Positions 20,410-28,208 of a stretch of DNA of 64,000 nucleotides are shown piece by piece. Within the stretch, counting starts at the first letter, position 1; each line of letters opens with the position of its first letter. Below the pieces are notes generated by a model. It saw only the letters and a program-made list of their open reading frames with translations. It was not told the origin of the DNA and did not search any database. Both the position numbers and the translations under genes were made by a program. Source of the stretch: Parcubacteria bacterium C7867-004 (lineage in GTDB: Bacteria > Patescibacteriota > Minisyncoccia > Phycocordibacterales > Phycocordibacteraceae); the NCBI GenBank assembly GCA_001189075.1, contig LFCN01000006.1:386041-450040 (forward strand). The letters run 5' to 3'.

Positions 20410-20646
20410 ATGGAAACCGTCCGAACCGGCATCTATTACCACTTCAAGGATCCTGAGAAGCTCTATCGGGTCCAAGGGACCGCGTTCCATACGGAGACCG
20501 AGGAGACCATGGTGGTATACCAGCCGCTTTACGACGATGCGGTCGCGCCGCTGTGCGTCCGTCCGCTTACCATGTTTCTCGAAGACGTTGATCGTCCCGA
20601 ACTGGGATACAAAGGACCCCGTTTCATCTTCGTTCGCGAATCCTGA
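20410..20646 (+). CDS. DUF1653 domain protein
   Basis: YYHFKDPEKLYRV...AFHTETEE..VVYQPLY pattern. Confidence 0.55.
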   Translation: METVRTGIYYHFKDPEKLYRVQGTAFHTETEETMVVYQPLYDDAVAPLCVRPLTMFLEDVDRPELGYKGPRFIFVRES

Positions 20647-20714
20647 TATCAGAGCTTTTCCTATCCACACCTCGGCTTGCGTCCCTACTGAGGCGGGCTA
20701 CCATAAGCACACGG

Positions 20715-21005
20715 ATGGATGACTTCCTCAAGATGGATATTTTCTTCGGCGTGACGACAGTCGCGGTCGTTTTGATAACCGTTCTCTTGTCGTTGGTGCT
20801 CATCCGGGTGCTGCGCCTTCTAAGCGTCGTCGAGCGGGTAACCCTGCTCGTCGAAGAAGAGGGCGAGCAGATCCGGGATGACATCCGGAATGTACGCGCG
20901 AAGGTAAAGGAAGAGGGAGTCCGGGTCGGGCAGATGCTCGGTTTGCTCGGTTCGTTCGCAAAGCCGAAACCTAGAACGCGTCGCAAGAAGGAATCATCAT
21001 CATAA
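20715..21005 (+). CDS. small single-TM membrane protein with charged C-terminus
   Basis: One TM helix (FFGVTTVAVVLITVLLSLVLI), basic tail. Confidence 0.4.
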   Translation: MDDFLKMDIFFGVTTVAVVLITVLLSLVLIRVLRLLSVVERVTLLVEEEGEQIRDDIRNVRAKVKEEGVRVGQMLGLLGSFAKPKPRTRRKKESSS

Positions 21006-21026
21006 AAACAAATCATTCAGCTATTT

Positions 21027-21503
21027 ATGGCAACGAAGAAAACAGCAAAGAAGAGCGCGCCGAAGAAAAGCAGCGGCAAGAAGATGACCAAGATGCAGGC
21101 AGCTGAGCTCGGTGCAGGCGTACTCGCAGCGGTAGCCGCTGCAGGTGCAGCCGGCTACTATTTCTATGGCAGCAAGAACGCGAAGAAGCATCGCTCCGCA
21201 ACGTCCAAGTGGGCGAAGGGCCTTAAGGCCGACGTTGTCCGCGAGGCGAAGAAGCTCAAGGATCTCGATGAGAAGGCGATGGCCGTCATCGTAGAGAACG
21301 CAGCGAAGGCATACAAGAACGCGAAGGACGTCACTCCTGCGGATCTCAAGGCAGCGGTAGATGAGCTCAAGGGCAACTGGCAGAGCGTTCAGAAGGAACT
21401 CCGCCGCACGGGTTCTAAGGCAAAGTCTTCCGTAAAGAAGACGGTGAAGAAGGCAGCGCCAAAAAAGGCTGCTAAGAAGCCGGCAGCTAAGAAGCGCAAG
21501 TAG
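21027..21503 (+). CDS. Lys/Ala-rich histone-H1-like / membrane-associated small protein
   Basis: KK-rich N- and C-termini (AKKAAKKPAAKKRK) with a central hydrophobic stretch. Confidence 0.5.
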   Translation: MATKKTAKKSAPKKSSGKKMTKMQAAELGAGVLAAVAAAGAAGYYFYGSKNAKKHRSATSKWAKGLKADVVREAKKLKDLDEKAMAVIVENAAKAYKNAKDVTPADLKAAVDELKGNWQSVQKELRRTGSKAKSSVKKTVKKAAPKKAAKKPAAKKRK

Positions 21504-21520
21504 GCAGAAACGTACGGAAA

Positions 21521-21552
21521 CCGCCGGCCGAGCGCCGGCGGTTTTTCGTTTT
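21521..21552 (+). terminator. rho-independent terminator
   Basis: GC-rich hairpin ccgccggc-cgag-cgccggcgg, immediately followed by tttttcgtttt. Confidence 0.75.
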
Positions 21553-21631
21553 ACGCCGCTCATGAACGCTTCATTCCGCATTCGTATAGTGGCCTGATGC
21601 ACGCCCCCATGCGATTATTGGATGACCGCCA

Positions 21632-22222
21632 GTGCCGCGGCCTATGAGCTACGCCATGTTGGTAGCTGATAAGACCTGGGCTGGCGGTACGTCATACCTT
21701 ATGGACCAGGACGATACCAAAGCCTACTTCCTCCAGATTCACGACACCTACGCGAACGACATCTTCCGCTTCTGCCTTATGAAGGTTAGCAGCCGTGAGC
21801 TTGCGCAGGACCTCACCCAGGAGGTATTTATGCGCTTCTGGCAGGCGCTCCGGGAGGGTACGAAGATGCGTAGCGAACGCGCGCTCCTCTACACCATGGC
21901 CCGGAACCTGGTTATCGACTGGTACCGCAAGAAGAAGGAATCGTCACTCGATTCCTTAACCGAACAGGGTGTTGATTTCATGGGAGAAGACGGCTCCTCA
22001 ATCGAGCAGTCCGCTCAGATGCGCGAGGCCCTCGATTGCATCCGCGAACTTGATGAGTCCTCCCGCGAAGCGCTCACGCTCCGGTTTGTCGACGGCCTCT
22101 CGCCGAGCGACATCGCCAGCTTGTCCGGAGAATCAGCGAACGCCGTCTCCGTCCGCATCAATCGCGCCCTGAAGAAAGTCCGCACGCTCATGCATACCGA
22201 TGAACAACGAACACAAGACTAA
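21632..22222 (+). CDS. ECF-type RNA polymerase sigma factor (sigma-70 family, group 4)
   Basis: Region 2 (AQDLTQEVFMRFWQ...LYTMARNLVIDWYR) and region 4 HTH (LSPSDIASLSGESANAVSVRINRALKKVR). Alternative start at 21701. Confidence 0.8.
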   Translation: MPRPMSYAMLVADKTWAGGTSYLMDQDDTKAYFLQIHDTYANDIFRFCLMKVSSRELAQDLTQEVFMRFWQALREGTKMRSERALLYTMARNLVIDWYRKKKESSLDSLTEQGVDFMGEDGSSIEQSAQMREALDCIRELDESSREALTLRFVDGLSPSDIASLSGESANAVSVRINRALKKVRTLMHTDEQRTQD

Positions 22223-23225
22223 TCCCATTACTTTCATACAGACGCTCCGCGAGCTGAAACTTCCACCGGAAGCGCTTGCCCGTATGCGCGAAGAACTATC
22301 CGCCTATGCCGACCTGCATGCGGTGCCTGCCGCCGCGCCTGCTGTTTTTCCGGCCTTCTCATTCTCGTTCATGCGCAGTCGCGGGTTCCTCGCAGGAGCT
22401 CTCGCGCTGGTGCTCGTCGTTGCAACCGGAGGCGAAGCGGCGCTCGCTTCCGAGAAGGCGCTTCCCGGCGACATCCTTTATTCGGTGAAGGTCTCGTTCG
22501 CTGAGCCCGTCGCGCTTGCGCTTGCGTCTCATGGTGAGAGCAAAGCTGAGCTTTCAACGGTATTTGCCACCCGCCGTATCGAAGAAGCGACGGCACTTTC
22601 CGAGATAGGCGAGCTTACCGACGAGCGTGCGGAGGAACTCGCTTCCCGGTTCGAGGCGCACCTAGATGTTGCTGATGAAGAGGCGAAGTCTATTGAAGCT
22701 AGTGGCAATGTGAGTGGCTCGCTCGCTGTACGCGCCGATATAGAGAAGGGCATAACCGAGCAGATCCGGGTTCTCGCTCCTGAAGATGCTTCCGCCGCAA
22801 GAGGAACGAGTGTCATGATGATGGGCGCGCCTGCTCCGAGCGAGTCTGCGCCCATGATGGCGAAGATGGCCGTTACGGAACCCGCCGTCGAGGACACCAT
22901 AGTTGCGGAGCCTGCAGAACCGAGCGTTGCCGAGGAACCAACGCCTAAGGACCGCTTCTTCGCGCGCATACAGGTGAAGGCGCAGGAGTTCACGCTCGCG
23001 CGTGAAGAACTTGAGAGCGCGCTATCGGTACAAGTCGATTCTTCAACGGAGGTGACTGGGGGTCTTGAGGATACCGACGCGGGAAGCCCGACATTCATTG
23101 TCGATGACAACCTTTTCTCCACAACGACCGTTGAAGCTACCAGCACGATTGAAGTGATGAAGTCGGAAGCAGGGACCGAGCCTTCCGCGGCTTCACGCTT
23201 CTTTACGCCGTTCTACAAGAAGTAG
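22200..23225 (+). CDS. putative membrane-anchored anti-sigma factor (DUF5667-like)
   Basis: Overlaps the sigma-factor stop. Short cytoplasmic N-terminus, one TM helix (FLAGALALVLVVA), Ala/Glu-rich helical ectodomain. Confidence 0.5.
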   Translation: MNNEHKTNPITFIQTLRELKLPPEALARMREELSAYADLHAVPAAAPAVFPAFSFSFMRSRGFLAGALALVLVVATGGEAALASEKALPGDILYSVKVSFAEPVALALASHGESKAELSTVFATRRIEEATALSEIGELTDERAEELASRFEAHLDVADEEAKSIEASGNVSGSLAVRADIEKGITEQIRVLAPEDASAARGTSVMMMGAPAPSESAPMMAKMAVTEPAVEDTIVAEPAEPSVAEEPTPKDRFFARIQVKAQEFTLAREELESALSVQVDSSTEVTGGLEDTDAGSPTFIVDDNLFSTTTVEATSTIEVMKSEAGTEPSAASRFFTPFYKK

Positions 23226-23268
23226 AAGGAACGCCAAGGATATACGGGCGATGTGATAGCATGGGCCT

Positions 23269-24840
23269 ATGTTTTGGGCAGATCGTATAGGGAAGGAGAT
23301 TGAGGAACGCGTGCCATCAACCGATGGCGCGCCGCTTCTCGTTCGTGATGAAAAGACGCTTTCCGGTCGTGTACATATCGGTTCTATGCGCGGTGTGGCA
23401 ATCCATGGCCTTGTCTCCGAGGTCCTTTCTGAGCGAGGTATCAAGAACACGTATCGCTACGAGCTGAATGACTTTGATCCCTTCGATTCGATACCCGGCT
23501 ATCTAGACGAAGCGGTGTTCACCGAACACCTCGGAAAGCCGCTCTACCTGGTTCCTTCGCCAGAACCGGGGTTCGCGAACTATGCTGAGTACTTTGGTGC
23601 GGAGCTTCAGGAGGTTATCAAGAAGGCGGGCTTCAATCCCGAATACTACAAGGCCTATGCTGATCTCTATGCACCGGGAAAGATGGACGAGTGCATACGC
23701 ATCGCTCTTGATAGGGCGTCGGAAGTGCGAAGGATCCTGAAGGAGGTTTCTGGATCCGTAAAGGATGAGACGTGGCTGCCGATCTCGGTAGTCTGCGAAT
23801 CCTGCTCAAAGATGATGACGACGCGCGCTTCGGATTGGGATGGTGAGACGGTAGCGTATACATGCGACAAGGGTCCGGACGGGACCGTCCCGTGTGGGAA
23901 TACGGGACGCGTGTCGCCGTTTGGCGGCCGCGGAAAGCTGTTCTGGAAAGTGGACTGGGCGGCGAAGTGGACGGTGCAGGGAGTCGACGTCGAAGGCGCC
24001 GGCAAGGATCACTCCACAAAGGGCGGGTCTCGCGATGTGGCCAATCATGTCGCAAAGGAATTGTATGGGCTCGAGACGCCGTTCGATATCCCCTACGAGT
24101 TCTTCCTCGTGGGAGGGAAGAAGATGTCGTCTTCAAAGGGGCGCGGTTCTTCTGCACGGGAGATAAGCGAGTTGTTTCCGCCGGAAGTCTTTAGGCTCGC
24201 CCTTATTGGCAAAGACATCAATCAGCAGACAGACGTCGACCCTTCCGGGGATTCGGTACCGCGTATGTTCGATTGGTATGACGACTTGGCTGAGCGCGTC
24301 CGCGAGGGCGTTGCGGATGACTTCACTCGTCTCTATGCGCTTTGCCAGCTTCCCGAGAATCAGGCGGAGATACCGACTCCGTGGCAGCTCAGGTTCGGCC
24401 AGGTGGCATTCATCGTGCAGATGCCGCACTTGGTACTCGCGGATGAAGCTGAGCGTATTAAGGGTTCTCCCCTTAGCGAGGAAGAAAAAGAGAAGCTTGA
24501 GGAACGCGCCGAGTACGCTCGCTTCTGGCTTACGACCTACGCGCCTGAACAGTTCCGCTTCGTGCTTCAGGATCAGCCATCCGATTTTGCATATACTGAT
24601 GCGCAGAAGCGCGCATTCTCGCTGCTCGCTGATTTCATGGAGGAAGACGATCGAACGGGGGAAGAAGTGCATGCGCGCCTACACGAGCTCAAGACCGAGG
24701 CTGACATCAAGCCGTCGGAGCTTTTCGTCGGTCTCTATCAGGCATTCCTTGCTCGGGACTCAGGACCTAAAGCCGGCTGGTTCCTGTCGGTACTGCCGCG
24801 CGAGTTCGTCGTACGGAGTCTTCGTGAGGCGGGCCGATAA
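23269..24840 (+). CDS. lysK: class I lysyl-tRNA synthetase
   Basis: GRVHIGSMRG (HIGH-like), KMSSSKG (KMSKS variant), Cys-rich insertion (CESCSK...C). Fits the archaeal-type LysRS-I architecture. Confidence 0.75.
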   Translation: MFWADRIGKEIEERVPSTDGAPLLVRDEKTLSGRVHIGSMRGVAIHGLVSEVLSERGIKNTYRYELNDFDPFDSIPGYLDEAVFTEHLGKPLYLVPSPEPGFANYAEYFGAELQEVIKKAGFNPEYYKAYADLYAPGKMDECIRIALDRASEVRRILKEVSGSVKDETWLPISVVCESCSKMMTTRASDWDGETVAYTCDKGPDGTVPCGNTGRVSPFGGRGKLFWKVDWAAKWTVQGVDVEGAGKDHSTKGGSRDVANHVAKELYGLETPFDIPYEFFLVGGKKMSSSKGRGSSAREISELFPPEVFRLALIGKDINQQTDVDPSGDSVPRMFDWYDDLAERVREGVADDFTRLYALCQLPENQAEIPTPWQLRFGQVAFIVQMPHLVLADEAERIKGSPLSEEEKEKLEERAEYARFWLTTYAPEQFRFVLQDQPSDFAYTDAQKRAFSLLADFMEEDDRTGEEVHARLHELKTEADIKPSELFVGLYQAFLARDSGPKAGWFLSVLPREFVVRSLREAGR

Positions 24841-24935
24841 CGTTTTTGCATCGTGCCGGTACGTGAAAGAAATGAACGTCTCATCCGTGTCTCTCGTTCA
24901 TCCGCAGGACAGGCACGTTTCCGTATAGTGCGTAC

Positions 24936-25385
24936 ATGAGCGTTGCACTGAAGATTATCGCCGCCTTGCTCGTGCTCGGCGGTTTATACGTCTGGGTGAG
25001 CGGACACTCTATAACGGCAGCGAAGCGGGATGCGGCAAAGACAACCGCATCCGTTCCCTCCGGATCCCTTACGGCGAGTGTCGTTACCGCAGTATCTCCT
25101 GAAGAAGGGAGATTCGAGGAAGAGGGCACTATCGTCCTTGATACGAGCCATGGTAGTCCTGGCACCCCCTTCATCCTCTATACCCGGTATGCGGAGAACG
25201 GGAAGCCGTCCATCCGTACGAAGCGTCTAGTATTCACCAACCAGGACCGCTGCGGCGAGAGTAACCTGCCGTGCGCGACGAACCAGCCGGGCGCTCCGGT
25301 TAATCCGGATGAGAAAGTGCGCGTAATCGGAACGGTGGAAGACGATACGGTAACGGTAGAGCAGCTGATACGTCTTTCTTCGTAG
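24936..25385 (+). CDS. hypothetical membrane-anchored protein
   Basis: N-terminal TM helix only. Confidence 0.4.
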   Translation: MSVALKIIAALLVLGGLYVWVSGHSITAAKRDAAKTTASVPSGSLTASVVTAVSPEEGRFEEEGTIVLDTSHGSPGTPFILYTRYAENGKPSIRTKRLVFTNQDRCGESNLPCATNQPGAPVNPDEKVRVIGTVEDDTVTVEQLIRLSS

Positions 25386-25425
25386 TCACCAGTTAAAAAC
25401 CGCCTTCTTCCCGTATACTTCTCCT

Positions 25426-26103
25426 ATGAACCGCGCTACGTTCCTTACCTTCCTTGCGCTCATACTCCTCATTGCAGGAGGTACTATCTGGTACCTCACG
25501 TCTTCGCATGAGAAGGCGATTGAGAATCGGCAGCCTATCGTTGGGGAAGGTGCAACCGTTGCGGAGGGGCAAGCTATCTATACCAATGGCACGCACGGGT
25601 TCTCTGTTTTTTATCCGGAGTCCGCGACTGTCGATTACTCCTTCGATCCTACCTATCATCTTGCTTCTACCTGGCGCGCGAGCGCGCTTCCGGACTCAAC
25701 GGGTACACCGGTTGTCTCCTTCATTCCGTATTCTGTAAAGAGCGATTCAACCTACCCACGCTATTACATCGCTATGGTGCGCATCGGTGTCTCGGAAGAT
25801 CCTAAGGAAATCGCTTCTTGTCTTGAGCCGACGAAGGACCAAGGAGAGACGGAACTTCCGGACCGCGTTATCAATGGAACTACGTGGAAGGCATTCTCGT
25901 TCGAAAATGCCGGGATGATGCAGTACGCCCGCGGCATAAGCTATCGGAGCATCCATGAAGAGAAGTGCGTTGCCCTCGAGCAGATCCGCACCGGTTCGAG
26001 CTATCGCGATGAGCCGAAGGCTGAAGACATTGACGACAGCGTTCTGGATAAGGCGTATGAGGATTTGGATGCGATAGTCGCAGGAGTTACCTTCGTTCGC
26101 TGA
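25426..26103 (+). CDS. hypothetical secreted protein
   Basis: N-terminal TM/signal anchor. No recognisable motif. Confidence 0.4.
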   Translation: MNRATFLTFLALILLIAGGTIWYLTSSHEKAIENRQPIVGEGATVAEGQAIYTNGTHGFSVFYPESATVDYSFDPTYHLASTWRASALPDSTGTPVVSFIPYSVKSDSTYPRYYIAMVRIGVSEDPKEIASCLEPTKDQGETELPDRVINGTTWKAFSFENAGMMQYARGISYRSIHEEKCVALEQIRTGSSYRDEPKAEDIDDSVLDKAYEDLDAIVAGVTFVR

Positions 26104-26311
26104 TTGACTCAGGCGCCGACGCTTGCTACGTTCGTTTAGGGAATGTCGTGAGCATTCCGGGAATACCAGGGGAGGTTCGTATGGCGACCCAGAAGAAGAA
26201 GCAGCGGAAGCAACAGCAACCGGGCTGGAAGCCCAACAAGAACAAGCGGACCGCGTAGCCCGCATACCCGACGACCCTAGGTCGTCGTTTTCTTTTGCTA
26301 TACTCGACTCA

Positions 26312-26815
26312 ATGGATATCAAGAAGGGCTCGTCGCTCTATGTCCGCAACATCATATTCGGCATTGAAGACAGTCTTGTCTCGACAGTCGGTCTCCTTTC
26401 CGGTATCGCGGTGGTGAACGTACCGCACCGTATAATTCTCGCTACCGGTCTTATCCTCATATTCGTCGAGGGCGTTTCCATGGCCATCGGAAGCTTTCTT
26501 TCTGAGGAGTCGGTGGAGGAATATGAGAGCGGCATGGCAGCCAAGGTGCTGCAGCCGATGCTCGGTGCTTTCGCGATGTTCTTGTCATACGTCATTGCAG
26601 GTTTTATCCCGCTCGCGCCGTACCTAATCTCTACGGGCGATACGGCTTTCTACTGGTCAATAGGGCTTTCCGTACTCGCTCTCGCCGTTGTCGGTTTCGT
26701 CCAGGCTAAAATATCAAAGGTTCCGGCGTTTTCTCGAACCGTCCGCATGGTGCTCCTTGGCGGATTTGCAATAGGTATTGGTATCCTGGTGGGCAGGCTA
26801 TTCGGTATTACTTAA
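26312..26815 (+). CDS. VIT1/CCC1-family Fe/Mn transporter (short form)
   Basis: GIEDSLVSTVGLLSGIAV motif and C-terminal TM helices. Confidence 0.6.
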   Translation: MDIKKGSSLYVRNIIFGIEDSLVSTVGLLSGIAVVNVPHRIILATGLILIFVEGVSMAIGSFLSEESVEEYESGMAAKVLQPMLGAFAMFLSYVIAGFIPLAPYLISTGDTAFYWSIGLSVLALAVVGFVQAKISKVPAFSRTVRMVLLGGFAIGIGILVGRLFGIT

Positions 26816-27001
26816 AAAGAGTCAATATATAGGCCATATTTTGGTCAGTCTCGAGCTTTGTATGCCTTGACTTATTGTCATCTATATGCTAAAACAATGG
26901 GGAAGTTCGAAGTTCGTTGACTTCTTGTTATAACCCGATACCTGACTGCAAGGCATGCAGACTCACGAGCCCAAGGGCTCTAAAACTCGTGGAGACCACA
27001 A

Positions 27002-28093
27002 ATGACCAATTCGCTTCAAGCCGCGCTCATCGCCGCGAACTTGGCCACCGAGGCCCAGATCGACAAGGCGCTCGAGCGCAGCCCTCCCCGCAAGTGCCGC
27101 AAGGCGCATCGCAAGTACGGGAGGTCGCACAGCGTTCGTTCGTTCAGGTGGGATCATCCCATGTTCGGCGCGCTGACCGTCTCGACTCTCAACTTCAACA
27201 TGTTGGAGTCGAAGCAGAACGGGCCCAACACCTGGGCTCGGCTCCACTCGCAAAAGAGGGAGCCCCGATCCGTCGACTTCACGCTCATGGACGAGCTGGC
27301 GGACGGTGTCCGTCTGCTCGTCATCGACTCGGGCAAAGTCACTGAGACCGAAACCCTGGACACCCTGCCGGAGTTCAACGTGCCGATCCGGTACGAAGGG
27401 GAACATCGTGTTCCGGCGACCCACGCCAAGACGGGGGACGACCGGGACCTGGTCTTCATCCGCCCAGACGGCAGCTTCGTGAACTTCGAAGTCTCCGTGG
27501 TCACCCGCAAGGGCGTCCACTGGGTCTGCGGCCAGGAAACCTACTGCGGCCAGATCGTCATCATGGAAGTCGGAGTCGCGCAAACGCTCGACCTCGACTG
27601 CTACGAAATCGACGGGATGGCCCTGTCGGTCGTCCCGCTCTACGAAGAGAACGCGTACCCCGACCACGAGAACCCGACGCGCTTCAGGAACTTCCTGAAG
27701 ATCCTGCCGGGCGCCACCGAGGTCCTCAAGTACGCGTACCGGCACAACGCCTACACTCCCGTCGAGGAGTGCGATCCGGCGGAATGGAAGCCCGAATGGC
27801 CCGAGCTCACCGAGCAACAGGTCAAGAAGGGCCTGAAGGCCGGCGTCGTCACCTTCTTCAACATGGTGATGGGCTGGGGCTTCGCGGTCTGCAAGGACGG
27901 CGAGGAACTGAAGTACTGCCAAGTCCACTTCGCTCAGATGATCGACGACGCTGGCGTCCCGATCGCCACCAAGGGCGAACTGCCAGTGCTCCAGCCGATG
28001 AGCGGCGTTCTCCTGAAGTACAAGGCGAACGAGGAGGGTAAGCTCGCGGCAACCGTGATCCGGGTGCCCGCCGCGCCGACCGAATCGGAATAA
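27002..28093 (+). CDS. hypothetical protein, compositionally atypical orphan (363 aa)
   Basis: Clean ATG after an AT-rich spacer, and its own terminator. GC ~62% with strongly C-ending codons, unlike its neighbours. No recognisable domain. Confidence 0.5.
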   Translation: MTNSLQAALIAANLATEAQIDKALERSPPRKCRKAHRKYGRSHSVRSFRWDHPMFGALTVSTLNFNMLESKQNGPNTWARLHSQKREPRSVDFTLMDELADGVRLLVIDSGKVTETETLDTLPEFNVPIRYEGEHRVPATHAKTGDDRDLVFIRPDGSFVNFEVSVVTRKGVHWVCGQETYCGQIVIMEVGVAQTLDLDCYEIDGMALSVVPLYEENAYPDHENPTRFRNFLKILPGATEVLKYAYRHNAYTPVEECDPAEWKPEWPELTEQQVKKGLKAGVVTFFNMVMGWGFAVCKDGEELKYCQVHFAQMIDDAGVPIATKGELPVLQPMSGVLLKYKANEEGKLAATVIRVPAAPTESE

Positions 28094-28128
28094 CAAGAAA
28101 AGCAGCCGTAAAGAACGGCACCCAACTC

Positions 28129-28164
28129 GAGCGGAACCCCACCAGGTTCCGCTCTTTCTTTTTA
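28129..28164 (+). terminator. rho-independent terminator
   Basis: Hairpin gagcggaacc-ccacca-ggttccgctc followed by tttctttttat. Confidence 0.75.
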
Positions 28165-28208
28165 TGGTTCACGCGTATTCGCGTGGTATTTTTGAGATAC
28201 GAGAATCT

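Noticed and set aside
22529-23146. 205-aa Ser-rich minus-strand ORF
   Set aside because: It is antisense to the anti-sigma gene; the Ser/Ala richness is the complement of the Ala/Glu-rich coding strand.
26963-28096. 377-aa minus-strand ORF antisense to the orphan gene
   Set aside because: High GC keeps the antisense frame open. The + strand ORF has the clean ATG, the AT-rich leader and a + strand terminator, and the minus ORF's translation is Arg/Leu/Gly-rich low complexity.
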